A stretch of 62,893 bases of DNA, counting the filler, from Sphacelaria rigidula (taxonomy: Eukaryota): assembly GCA_964200075.2 (NCBI GenBank). It is 9 parts of 9 records of this genome, joined end to end, with 100 filler letters (N's around TTAATTAATTAA, not from the genome) between each part and the next. Parts side by side here need not be neighbours in the genome. Positions count along the whole stretch, not along the records: positions 1 to 6,900 come from CAXNAA020017508.1; positions 7,001 to 13,900 come from CAXNAA020017509.1; 7 more parts are not named here. One strand, 5' to 3'. Positions 1-12,221 of the stretch are shown here, in pieces (position 1 is the stretch's first letter; every line of letters begins with the position of its first letter). The notes beneath the pieces were generated by a model, which did no database searches, was not told where the DNA came from, and saw only the letters and a list, made by a program, of their open reading frames with translations. Position numbers and translations under genes: made by a program.

Positions 1-3000
1 GGTGGTGTGGGGGGGGGGGGGGGGGGGGGGGGTGTCCTCGTTGGTTGCTGTGGGGGCGGTAGGGGGGGAGGGGAGCAGAGGAAGGGGATCCCAGTCGGCA
101 CGCAATACTCTTTCTTACTATCCGGTATCTCCCATCATTTTATCGAATGAGCATGTGAAGACGTTCAGGCGGAGCGCACAACATATCCCGAAAATCTGTG
201 CGAAAAGCTGCGCAACATTTCCCGAGGTCGGCATTTTCGCGAGGGACACACAAGTTCCACCTGTGAATCAATCGCATCATACACTGTGGTTCGTGCCAAA
301 CTCGGACACTGAAATGTTGTTGTTGGCCTGCCTTTACCTGGCACGATTCACCACACAATATTTCCATACAATTTCGACGTCAATTTACTCTCACCATGCC
401 AGAACGCGGATGTCTTCACACCATGGCCACCTTAACGGGAAAAAAATATGTATAAGGAGAGAAAGAGACCGAGAAGTACTCGGAGCAACTACCCCTGTAG
501 CATTTTTCGAAAAGACGGTATCCTACGGGCAGCAACCTCGAGCCAAAACTTCATGACCCACCGTTTGGAACGTAATACCCTCCTTGCGCACCACATCAAG
601 CGGGGCGCAACAATCGAGCATGGATTCATGGTACCAACGCCAAGAACCTGGGCGCAGTAACAACATGGGGAGAAATACACGCACACACAGACGGATGGAA
701 GAAAGGGGGGCGTTCGCGTTGTGCTCTCAACAGACGTGAAGTGAGTGATGACACGTACATATATTTTTCACGTGCCCTCAACACAGGTTGCATAATGGCG
801 AGCTTTCGAGGACCATATGGCGAGGAAAATGTTGACACGACCGAGCCGGACCGGAAGGAGCTGTGTCGGGCAAGACCGCAGTCCGCCCGGGAGTGAATGT
901 TGTGTGAGAGCAAGCCCGGGCAGGAAGGACGAAGAGTCTTGTTCTCTTGTTCGCGCAGCCCGGCTGTGCGAAAACAGCCTGCCTTGAGTACGGTGCGAGC
1001 AGCTTTTTCTGCCGATTGCCGTCGCCGGCGAATGCTTCTTTCACCAGCAAGCCGACCTGCATCCTACCGATGGTACATCGACCGGGCGCTTCTCGAATGA
1101 CAAGCAAGCAAGCCCTCCTCGCTCGTTTGCCAAGAAAAACTATTTCACGCAAAACACTTGGCGGTTTACGCACATCCGCTGGCATCGAGCGTCGTGCTGG
1201 CTGACGCAGCACTTCCCCCGCGCCACTCGGCGCTTGTTGTGCATCGGCAGTAAACACAAAACAGCCGGGACAGTAGTAGCAACGTTCATTTCTTCCTCCG
1301 TCTTTGGGACAATCCGTCCTGTGCTCTCGGTCTTTTCGGATCAATGAACATATGTACAATCCGTCCTGTACCTACGTGAGGAAGAAAGAACGGCGCACAC
1401 ACAGGTTCATACGAGGCGGATTGTCACCGCGATAATTCCTAGTACGCCGGGCACCACGGAACGGGGGGAGAGAGAGAGACCTACCTGTACATTAACTTCG
1501 AGGGGGAAAAATGTCAACTATGCGAAAGCCTTGCGCAAGCTGCAAAATTACCGCCGAAAAAAACGAGACACGAAACAAAAAGTATGTAAAAATACTGGCG
1601 GCACGCGGCGGACTTCACGTATGTATGCCCCAGGGGCAACAGCCCAGGTCCGTGGCGTGTACGTGGAGCGTGGCACAGCCGACAGACAGTACGCCGCAAA
1701 AGCAGCAAAACATTGTCGCAGCAGGCACGGACAGATGTACACCTTGTAGAGGTGCTGTTGTTCTATTACTCGTGTTGAAAACAGCAGACTAGAAAGATGC
1801 TTCCATCCATCTCGACAGGGAAACAAACTATTCATGCAGCACACAGGCAGCCTCGTACTACAACACAAGTTTCGGTCGATGATTCTTCGGGGGGATTTTG
1901 CAGCAAAAAACACCCGACCTCATAGGAAGCAACGAGAGCTGTCATGCAATGATGCAATCGCCCCCCTACTTCATTTTACTTTTCACAGTGCACGTCGGTC
2001 GCGAAAACAAAGAACGCACAAAACCCCTCGGCCATACCCCGGCAATGAACCGCGGAAATAAGGCAGGCACATAATTCGACCTTATCCCACATAAAACCTT
2101 TGCGGTATGAGCTAGCTGGCATCTATACCACCTCGGGGCAGAATGGTCCGAAAAGGTGCCATGTGCGCCCCTTTCGTGTGTTGATGCTCGGTAGTCACCC
2201 AAGCCCTCCAGACAAGTCATGTGTACCAACTTTTGTTGTAGGCGACCTGTACATCCTTGAATCTAATTCACTGTCTACATACACTGCGCAACTCTGCTGT
2301 GTGTGACTCGCCCTAGCATTTTCTTTCATCAGTGACGATGACCACAGAACTCCCCGTACAGCACAGCACGCACACGTACACGAATAAATTAGAACAAAAA
2401 CTTGTTTCATGGAACAGGAACACCCTACTCTATTAATGGTGCATGTCCACGTATACCCCTACCGAACGGTGGACTGTACCGTATTCCACGAAGAGCATGT
2501 TGCAATCAAACCTACAGGGGCGATGCAATCCTCTATCAAAGCTGCCGGATGCCCTCGCACCCGCGCTACAGTACTCACACACACACATGTACACACAAAC
2601 CTTTCCAGACCCGACCGGGGTCCACTGAAAGCGCGTTGAGTACCATCGTGAGGGTGGAGAGCCCGCAAAATGCCGGGTCGTCTTGAGTTCGGAATTGCTC
2701 CGCCAGTCGGAAGTAGCCCTCCATGTAGCCCTGCTGCATTGCTTCCTTGAACAGCTTACGGCCGGCTTCCGAACTGCGGCACGAACATGGGGACAGGGCG
2801 TTGTGGGAAAAAAGAAAAAGAAAAACAGTTTTCTAGCTGTCACCGTTTTCCTGCGAAAAATGGCGAAAATTACATGCAATTGTCAGAATTATGTGAAAGA
2901 AGGAAAAAAAAATGCATGCCTCCGTGAGCCCTAGTAATTGCCTCAAAGTCACCTTCATCTACGGTACTCACAGGCGTTACTATTGCAAACATATCGCGAC

Positions 3001-3944
3001 CAACACTGAGGCTTACAGCGATAGGGTCGTCCGCCACAAAGCACGATGCGAGTTAGTAGCTTGTGTAAGTTTAGCGGTAGAGCACAGCAGTGACGCCGGC
3101 AAATACCGAACACGGATCACGCACCCATCCCGAGCTGTAGTACAGTGCGCACAGCAAAACAAGTCACGGGAATGTGGTGTTGGCGGAGTGCGTGTGAGTA
3201 TGTTTGGGTTTCATGTCTTCCACAGACCATCATATCCCATTTGCTTTTGAATTCAGCCGGCCCGAAGGGAGAACATCGTGAGCGGATCAAGGGCTACGAC
3301 TCGAGCTATGCTGTTCAAGACGAGTGGGGCAGCGAGCCCCGGAAGTTCGTGTACGGATGTGTCGCAGGTCTGAGAAACATCTATGCATGCGGCGCCTTCA
3401 TCACTAGGTTTACACTCTCCCTCGAGCAACCTGCTTTTCGAATGGCAATTTTATTCGCAACGATTAATAGGGTAAAAACCCCAGTATTGAGTACGGCAGA
3501 CTGCCGCTTCAGGTGGTTATGTACCCCTTTTATGCGACGGGCCTTGGGGGGGTACATCTCCTGGTACTCACCACTACTGCGGATTACCCCCCTTTTGGTT
3601 CATTTTCCCTTAGATTTAGTACCCCTTTTTTGTCCGTTTCCAGGCAAGTTGGGGACGCGTCGAAGCACTCTGAAAGTGGTTACCCTTCCCTGTCGCACGT
3701 GAATAGCTGCAGGCCGACAGTGAGCAATGAAGGTGACGCGCTTGTGACGATATAGATGCAAGCGGGCGACTAGTATGCCTGAACTGTACGGTGTAACGCT
3801 GTTTATTTTCCACCCTTATTTCCCTTCCTTGCCCCTTGGTCTCCACCTCTCTCCTTTCATGTGTGCGTGTGCTTTTTCTTTTTTGGCTCACTACTTCTGG
3901 GTTTGCGTTGTTCGGCTCTGTCTTATTTCCGTTTCCCCCCTTTC

Positions 3945-4030
3945 TAGACGGCAAAACAGGAAGGGGGATAAGACATGTGAAAGGTTTTTGTGTATTGCAT
4001 GGAAAAAACGTGATGAGCGCCGACATGTTG
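3945..4030 (+). mobile_element. Short 3'-region fragment of a LINE ORF (poly(C)-tail LINE family)
   Basis: Translates to TAKQEGDKTCERFLCIAWKKRDERRHV, homologous to TAKQDVDKICKRFLCDVWKK at 55833-55894 and to the minus-strand copy near 52200-52300. Confidence 0.75.
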
Positions 4031-4332
4031 TGTACTCATCATCATGCATGCCGTAGTCATGAGACCTTTGACCTCGCATCCCTTCAAAGCCGGGACGAAG
4101 CACGCCGGGTTTTCGCCCGACCAGGCTCGCACTCAATCACCAAGCGCGAAGCGCCGTGATGTGGTGTTCAGCGAGTCGCGCGAAGGGTGGGCTGCATCCT
4201 GCTAAGATTGTTTGGCTCGAGGCCTACTGATTGTCTTGCATGTAGATGACAGCCTACAATGAGTTGCTTTATTTTCTGGTATCGCCACTTCCAGAGACAG
4301 CCACGGCCTATACACTGCCTCATGGGTGTCTT
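4030..4332 (-). mobile_element. SINE-like element, family A (~300 nt), full-length copy
   Basis: Colinear with 56188-56480. Minus strand starts AGACACCCATGAGGCAGTGTATAGGCCGTGGCTGTCTCTGGAAGTGGCGATACCAG and ends ...ATGACTACGGCATGCA..ATGAGTACA. Other pieces at 6130-6370, 6843-6900, 27843-27899, 41998-42072 and 62850-62893. Confidence 0.85.
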
Positions 4333-4579
4333 GCCATCGCACCAGCACCAGCGCCAACATGTTGGAGGTGTCTCTACTTGAAAGGGAGAAGAGAACTTGA
4401 ACGATAGGAGAAAGACAGGATTACCAGTTTCCGTCTTATTTTATCCTCCGCCCTTCATTCCTAGATGTATGATCACGCGGGTTACTGTTCCAGTAATTTT
4501 CTTCTTAAATTTCCCGCGGGCTTGCAGCTTGTCTTGTGCCAGCGATGGCGGCTATTCTGCCTACGACTCTCAACGCGAT

Positions 4580-5600
4580 AGCCTCTCGCTCATGACGTCG
4601 GTCAGACTGGCGGAGATCTTCGCATCTCCACGCCTCCTCGGACTCCCCCGGCCCCTACTCGACAACTAGGTGCCATCTGCCCACGTTCTCAGCGAGAGTG
4701 ATCCAAGCTTGCAAGGTTTCGATCTCGACATCGTGAATAATCCACTCCCTTCGTACCCCCTTGCGCCGGATAGCTGCTAGGACACGCAAGTTCTCCTGGA
4801 GGCGGTTCCCCGAGTGCTTCGAAGGCCGCCCAGTGTCCTCGGACCCTCGTGCAGCCAACCGTTCGAACAGAGTGCGCTTTCGGAAGAAGTATATCATCCC
4901 GCCGGACAAGGGCCTCCGCGACACCAAAAGGTGAAGCTTGGCGGTAGTCGCCTGGATAAGTTCGCATGTGGTCAACTCGAGTACAGCTTTGTGTAACAAT
5001 TAGTTTCGTATCCAATGCCATCGTTTCCTGCGAGAGCCAAGTGCTTGCAATAGCATCTCGTGGGTAGGCGGTGCGAAGGCTCTCGAAGTTCTCTGGGCGC
5101 GGCTTCCAGGTGGCAAACCCGTATACCACGGCTTATAACACCTCCGTCGAGCTTTTGGTCGATCGTAACGTTCAGAGCAATACTTTCAGAGACGGTGAGG
5201 CGGCGCGTGGTGCGTCTTCGCTGATAGCACCCCCAAGGTGAACAAACTTGGATGTCTACTCGCACCGTCGGCCTGATGCCTTGATATGCAGTACGATCTC
5301 TGGGAAGCTGGGTACTGACCATAGGTGCATGGCCTGCGTGTTGTTCCCCAATACCGTCAGCTCGAACTCCTGGCAGGCCATCTTTGCCACAGCCATCATC
5401 CGAGCGAGCTCGCCTGGGGACCCTCACGCCGCGCATCGCACCCTATCCAGTCGCGTCTTCTAGGGGGCTACCATCCTCAGCCTTCGCCTCACCATTCAGA
5501 TATACGACGTCTGGAACCACCACTGGATTTGTCGTGGAAGGCTGTGAAATCTCGTCAATGACTGCTGCAACGTCAGACGAGGAGGTATCCCCTAAATGTC
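4580..5600 (-). mobile_element. Decayed RTE-type LINE, reverse transcriptase and C-terminal region (frameshifted, with stops)
   Basis: Minus-strand pieces in changing frames: VAAVIDEISQPSTTNPVVVPDVVYLNGEAKAEDGSP; MACQEFELTVLGNNTQAMHLWS; FVHLGGAISED; VYGFATWKPRPENFESLRTA; KRTLFERLAARGSEDTGRP; WITLAENVGRWHLVVE. These follow the RTE RT order (YLG motif, LYG.xTW, LPK..FG.L....GRP). The YADD motif is not retained. Confidence 0.8.
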
Positions 5601-6104
5601 CATTGCCCCCTAAAATATCAATCGGGAATTGAAATCGAGTGAGAAAAAGGGTAGTGTGGTTGGCCTGCTGCCAAATCGATGTTGATATCTCGAGCCCTAG
5701 GAAGATCCCAACCCTTGCCTGGCTCAAAAAGATGCTGACTTCTATCGAAAACGCGGATTGAAGAGCTCACGTTGCCAATGGGTGCGGGGCATGACGTTTC
5801 GGGATGAAACCGTAACCCCGATACTTTCGGACAAGTGGTGTCACGCCAGCTACCCACAATGGAGCGCACGCCGATCCACAGATGACACGACTCCCTTAAA
5901 TTCAACATTCTCCAATCGAGGGGATTCGCTTTCATGTTTGTGCGAGCATCGGCGATGCACGCAAACGACTGTGCCGTCTTTCCGTTCTCAAAGTATGCAG
6001 TTTTGGCACTACTTGTGATGCGCACTCTTGCACTCTTGTAAAAACAATTCCATACTCTACGTCAAGTTTCAGCTACTATTCCCTCGGAGCTATCAAGTTC
6101 TCTC

Positions 6105-6400
6105 CGGGGGAGAGGGGGAGGGAGGCGGGGTGTACTCGTGATCGTGCATGCCAGAGGGTGAGGGGTGGGGTGGGGGGACGTACTTATTCGTTGCTTGCCT
6201 CAGTCGTGTGGCCATTGACCACGCATCCCTTCCGAGACGGAGCACCGTTCCTACGCCAAATAAAAGACACCTCCCAACAGGGAGGGAGGGGGGGTGTACT
6301 CATGATCTTGCATGCCGTAGTCATATAACCATTGACTTCGTATCCCTACGAAGCCGGGACCAGGCTCGGAGGGGGGGAGGGAGGGGGAGGGGCAGGGGGT
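6105..6400 (-). mobile_element. Stack of three 5'-truncated retroelement 3' ends (family A / LINE / family A) separated by G-rich tracts
   Basis: G-tract + GTGTACTCGTGATCGTGCATGCC; then G-tract + GTACTTATTCGTTGCTTGCCTCAGTC...GAGACGGAGCACCGTTCCTAC; then G-tract + GTGTACTCATGATCTTGCATGCCGTAGTC; then another G-tract. Confidence 0.8.
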
Positions 6401-6842
6401 ATGCAACTTTCCGGGCCTTTCTTTGAGCCCGCTTGGATCGACTGTAGTTGTAAGCTGTTGGTAATACCGGATCCAAATGTGATGTATCTCAAGGAACATT
6501 TCCGCTTCCGTTGTCGGACCCAAGAGCAACATCAAACGTCGAAGGTCGTAGTTCGATTTTGATTGCTTCTTGGAAGGACATGCCTCCAGACTCTTCTACA
6601 AACTGCCGTGCTTTCGAGTCACATCGCCCTCGTGTCAACAACTCAATCTCCGCCCACATGGTCCTGCAGGTAATAATTCCACGTGGCGGAGCCACGATGG
6701 AAAACACACAGATGATACGAGGGGGGTCGACGATCAAGGTCTCGGTGCGCCTTCATAGGGCTGGCGTTGCGGTTGAAAAACAATGATATCCCGATTTTGC
6801 GGTCGCGGTCCGTCTGAAATTCCCCCACAGTCTGACTGGTTT

Positions 6843-6900
6843 AGACACCCATGAGGCAGTATAAAAGCCGTGGCTGTCTCTGGAAGTGGCGATACCAGAC
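6843..6900 (+). mobile_element. 5' end of SINE-like family A, cut by the contig end
   Basis: AGACACCCATGAGGCAGTATAAAAGCCGTGGCTGTCTCTGGAAGTGGCGATACCAG is the reverse complement of 4276-4332. Confidence 0.85.
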
Positions 6901-7000
6901 NNNNNNNNNNNNNNNNNNNNNNNNNNNNNNNNNNNNNNNNNNNNTTAATTAATTAANNNNNNNNNNNNNNNNNNNNNNNNNNNNNNNNNNNNNNNNNNNN
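6901..7000. other. Artificial contig linker (N44-TTAATTAATTAA-N44). Identical linkers lie at 13901-14000, 20901-21000, 27900-27999, 34899-34998, 41898-41997, 48897-48996 and 55896-55995.
   Basis: Eight identical 100-nt spacers with stop codons in all six frames. The segments between them are 6900,6900,6900,6899,6899,6899,6899,6899,6898 nt, i.e. length-sorted unplaced contigs. Confidence 0.98.
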
Positions 7001-8065
7001 TCAAGCGCGTTGCACTACAGTAGACCAAGTATTCTTCCACAGCCCACCGCGAAACCGGTTCTCAACACAGCCACGGCGGAGGTAGCCATACAAGGCGTGA
7101 CATCTGGTTCAGACTGGATGAAGCACCTCGCATGGGCACTACTGGCGAAACAACCCCAGGCGTGGGACTAACCCTTACCCCCGTTGTGTGTGTGTGCAGC
7201 TTTATTGTGGGGCACCGGTATATCTCAGCAGACTGCTGAATGATGATACGTTTCAAAGATCGCTGGCATCTGCCGCCGCAGTGGATCGTTTCGCTGACGG
7301 CGGTCGTCGCCGGCGCAATAGTATGAAGTCTCTCTGAGATACTGAACAAGAGGCGCTCGAAAACTCGATGACTAATCCAAATAAGTATATTTCCAGCATG
7401 CTTTGTTACGTGTTCCGTAGCGCTTAGACGCAGGGAGGGGTTGCTCAAAAGAAGAGGCACAATGAATGACGGTGGCTTTTCTGTTGGATTCCTCACCATC
7501 ATGCTTTCGCTGCCGCGCAGAAACTTCTGCGTTAGGGGCACATTGTCGAAAGCGGTTGCGAATCGCGAGCCTTTTGAACAAAGTAAATGATTTTTCGATA
7601 GTCCGTCGAACCTCAATTAAATGTTGAACCTCAAAAACGAATCCAGGCTGGTCCAGGTAGTGAGGAGTTGCATGTTTCAAAACCACGTCCTCCACAAACG
7701 CGTAAACCTTCACGCCGTTATTAGGAGTTTAGATCCTGCAACTTTGCATGACTATGCCACGTATCATTGCGCAACTTTCCACGGACGATGACTTTCTATT
7801 TCTTGAGTTTTTCACCGTTTTTCGGGGTTACGACGGGATCCAAGTCGTTTTTCGGTGTAGTCTCCATCCTGGGACCCTGGAAAACCGGCACTACGATATA
7901 TATTTTTTCATTTTTCGTGAACTAGCTGTCGCCGCATAACCCAAGGAAGGGTCCCACAAAATTTCGTCTCAAAGCTCGATCAACTGATGCTTGAGTTTTC
8001 ATGTTCACGTCAAAGAAGGCCTCAAAAACCAAAAACGCCGTTTTCGTACTAAAATCGAGTAGTTT

Positions 8066-8322
8066 GAGCAATGCTACGGTAGGAGTGCACTTTTTTCGCG
8101 CAATGTTGTCTAGTTCAGGGGCTCCTAACGATTCTAGACGCACAAGAATAAGGGCCAGGGCATCCCCGTTTGCAGATCAATTCGAGATATCCCCAGCACA
8201 TTGTAATAGTAATCCTGGGGTACTCTCGCATTTTTCCATAAGTCGTGTTTTGGATGAGATAAAGGGCTCCTAACAATTCCAACCTCAGAAAATGTATGTG
8301 TACCCCTACCGTAGCATCACTC
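8066..8322 (+). mobile_element. ~257-bp MITE with GAG...CTC termini (Sola2-like), copy 1
   Basis: TIR GAGCAATGCTACGGTAGG ... CCTACCGTAGCATCACTC; flanks GTTT/GCTT; internal sequence shared with four other copies. Confidence 0.85.
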
Positions 8323-8716
8323 GCTTGCGTTTTCACCGCGGCACGTCAAAGTTCATCGCACAAAAGCGAAAATCCTCACGCCGTTTTAAGGAGTTATGAA
8401 AACCTGAAAATTTGCACAACTGTGCTATAGGTCATTACGCAACTTCGGATGAACGAGGTTTTCTCAGATTTGTTTTCTTTACCGTTTTACGGGGTCCGAT
8501 TGAATCGATGTTTCCCGGAAAAAATGGAACCCCCGAAAAACGGTAAAAAAGACAAAAATTCCAAAAAACCTCGACCTTCGAAAGTTGCATAATGCCCCAT
8601 AACAGTGGATTCTCGAAAATGGACTTGAAAAAGAAAATGAGGTTCAACTCAAAAGCCGTGCTTTCCCTGACCTAATTCATGACTGTTCCATGAAAAATCT
8701 GTGCAGAGTTTCAGGG

Positions 8717-9003
8717 GAGTGATGCTACGGTAGGCGTACACATACATTTTCTGAGGTTAGAATTGTTAGGAGCCCTTTATCTCATCAAAAACACGACTTA
8801 TGAAAATATGCGAGAGTACGCCAGGATTACTATTCCAATGTGCTGGGGATTTATTATTATAATTATAATGTGCTGGGGATATCTCTAATAAATCTGCAAA
8901 CGGGGATGCCCTGACCCATGTTTTTGTGCGTCTAGAAACGTCAGGAGCCCCTGAACCAGACAAAATTTCGCGCAAAAATTGCACCCCTACCGTAGCATTG
9001 CTC
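8717..9003 (-). mobile_element. Same MITE, copy 2 (inverted, with a ~30-bp internal duplication)
   Basis: GAGTGATGCTACGGTAGG ... CCTACCGTAGCATTGCTC; flanks AGGG/GGGG; AATGTGCTGGGGAT occurs twice. Confidence 0.85.
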
Positions 9004-11316
9004 GGGGTCCAACTCCTTCAAACGGCGTGAGGTTTTGCCGATGAGTATTTTATGTGATCAGCCTGAACCAGCCTGTGTACTGCAATACAACACTCAGCAC
9101 ACCCCAGTACAGTACAACCCCGCGCAGCAAAGCACAGCCCACCCCAGCGTAACAACAGAACAGCACAACTTAGTGCCTGAAGTGCAGTGTAATGCAGCTC
9201 ATTGTACCATCTGTGAAGTGTAGAGTATATTGTAGTGCCTAATGACGGTGAAGGCCGTGTGCCGGGGGAGATACGGGATGGTACCTTGAGACCACGGACC
9301 CGCCCCCCCAAAGGGCAGTGGTTAGAAGTGTGAGTAAAAAAGCATTAACGGTGTGTAGCACCCATATTATCCGCCCTCTCCTCACCACACCATCGAATAC
9401 CCTCATTAGCTGATGCCTATAATGCAGAGGGAGCCGCAGGTGTTCAAGTACAAGTTCATCCATTTGGGCACCACCAAGAGTTGGTCTAACTCGAGAGCCG
9501 CGATTTACCGTCTTGCCGACATACGCTGCATGAGTGAGAGGAACGCGGCGGCGAAATGTATGATTCCCGGCGCCCAGGAGATGTTTCGGTTCATATGCCA
9601 CCTCATCCGGAGTAATCCCGGCCAACATCACTGGCTCAAAATATACGTAGGTGACTGGCATCCTCTGTACCGCATAACGAAGGCAATGTTAAAGCGATAT
9701 TGGGGGGTTGGGGTAGAGTAGATCGAAGAGACACGTGCTGTGGACGGGGACAGCAGCGGAGGCTAGCAACTACCGAGTAGCACACCATGCCATCAGCATG
9801 TTCTTAGCGGTAATGTGGGACAATATCGTCGTGGAGAATACCGATGGCGCAGCCGCGGCGGGCCCCGCCCTCAAAGCACCCGGCGCTGCCACAGCACCAA
9901 CATCTGACCCCGCGGAAGCATCAATACGAGCACCGGCCGCGGCGGCAATGCCGCCGGTGCCACCGGACGCCGCTAGCAAAATTCAATCTGCATGCGCCGC
10001 CGCGGCATCGCCTCCGCCGAAGGAGAGTAAGGCAGCGCCTCCACTCGGCATGGGGCCAGCGGCGCCCTCCGAAACCATAATACCATCAGGCCCTACAGAG
10101 GCGACAGAGGGTGTCGGCGCGGTCAGCAGTCATCGCGACCGCCGTGCCTTCTGTCTCGAAACCCCGTTGTGACTGAACGATGGAATATCATCGTGAGGGC
10201 TGCAGCTCCGGGGCGACGCACGGTATTGCGGGCACCAGGAAAACGATGTTCTGCATCTTCTACGCCAGCGCGTGACTCCTAGATTTCCGCGAATGTACCC
10301 CGGCTATTCCTCTTGACTGCCTACAGAGAAAAACGCTGACGACCGCCTCGGGCGTCGGCGGGGAAGGCGGACGTGCCGACGGAGCACCGGCCGCCATCAG
10401 CATGGGAGCATTCGCCACAGCCGGCGCATCATGAGCAGCGCCCGCTGGTAGCTGCATAGGGTCGGTCGCGGCATCACATCAGCAGCGTTCCCCAGCACCG
10501 GAACAGCGGCGGCGGCGAATGAGCGCCGACGTGACCAACACAGTGACAGCTGTGAATCCCTGGACGAAACCGTGGAGCAGTTGACAGAGAAGTCTCGCGA
10601 AGTCGGTCGGAAGGTGAAGGTACATGCAAGGGGGGTGGGCATCCCCGCCATTCGCTCTTAGGCTCGGACGCGGACAGAAAACCACAAAAGCTTCGGAGTG
10701 TAGGATAGCTTCCTTCTCAATTACTACCCAGCGTATATAGCCTATAGTGCTTCGGAAGGGTTCGGCATATCTCCTGTCGCCTTTCACCTGAAGGCGCAAC
10801 AGAGAGTTCCGCATGCCGCAGTAGACGACAACTGCTAAAAAAACGTGCGAGACGTCACGGATTCATTTCTGCCTACAGAGAGATGCGTTGGGTGACGCAA
10901 GATTCGCACTGTGAGCTGAGCTCAGCTTTTGAGAGTCAATCGACCGAGGGGTGACCCATGCCAATAAAATGACACACCTTTTTCTATTGTCGCTGACAGA
11001 GACCAAATCTCCTATCACCGGAGCTTGGGAATATCGGACCTGGAGAGGGCTCACTCATATCAATGCCACCCCGTTGCACTTCTTCGTTTCTCACCTGCTG
11101 TGTTTTCAAGTGCCGGTTTGCCGGATCTTGAGTTGTCAGCGCTTGCTTCATGATGCGGAAACTACATGGCCACCACATCATCTGCGCCATCACCCTCTTA
11201 GCGTGATCTCTGTTGCGCGTTAACAACTGTTTGTGGTTGTTCCCCACTTTTTGCCCAAGAGGATGATAAACAGAAATGTTCGCGCGGTCGAGGATATGTT
11301 TTCAAATGGAGGATCA

Positions 11317-11730
11317 AACAGTGGACTTTCGAAACTGGGATTGAAAAACAAAATGAGGTTCAACTCAAAAGCCGTGCTTTCCCCGACCTAATTTCATTAC
11401 AGATGACTTTCATATGGACCACCCTATCCCTCCCGACGTCCCTAAAATTATTTCGGGGGATTTACAGCTTTCCATTCCCCCAAAGGGTATGTGCGAAAGC
11501 ACGATTTCGGGGTGAAAAAAGGATGTTTTCTGTCCCCCAAATCGTGCTTTCGCACATACCCTTCGGGGGAACGGAAGGCTAGAAATGCGTCGAAATAATT
11601 TTTAGGGACGTCGGGAGGTATGGGGTGGTCCATATGAGAGTCATTTGTCATTAATTTAGGCCATGGAAAGCACGGCTTTCGAGTTGAACCTCATTTTGTT
11701 TTTCAACCCGATTTTCGAGAATCCACTGTT
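11317..11730. repeat. Fold-back element: ~195-bp inverted arms around a ~20-nt loop
   Basis: AACAGTGGA...AAAATGAGGTTCAACTCAAAAGCCGTGCTTTCC...AAGGGTATGTGCGAAAGCACGATTT pairs with AAATCGTGCTTTCGCACATACCCTT...GGAAAGCACGGCTTTCGAGTTGAACCTCATTTT...TCCACTGTT. A solitary arm lies at ~8600-8685. Confidence 0.9.
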
Positions 11731-12221
11731 ATCAGATGTTTTCCGCAATTTTGAGGCAACGAGGACCGGTTGAGAGCTCTGCGCGGCGGAACTTCAACAA
11801 CCGCCTACCCCGTGCGGTCTACAAGAAGGAAGAAGAGTAAATACCGTGAAAGCCATTACTAAGATGTGAAGCGAGCAGTCTTGAAAAACAAAAAGGTTGA
11901 AAGTTTTTGTATGATGAGTCATAGTGAGAAAAAAAACTGACCAGATTCCAACGTCCGAATAATCGAACTGACCGTATTTCGAGGGTGGTTAAGAAAGTCC
12001 CGATGTGAAATCTCCCAATAATCGGTGGTCTTTGCCTCTAAAATCGCGAACAACCTCTAAGCATCCACTCCAAAACGTAACCCCCATCTCACGAACATGC
12101 TGTTGAGATCGGAATACATGCGGTTTTTGTGAGATTGAGGGTATAACTTTTGATTGAAAGCGAGCTTTTAGCCATTCGTGGATTCGGCATCATTTTCCCT
12201 TGAGAGAAGCTACTGCATGAA

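Noticed and set aside
6945-6956. TTAATTAATTAA motif recurring every ~7 kb
   Set aside because: Synthetic six-frame-stop linker embedded in Ns.
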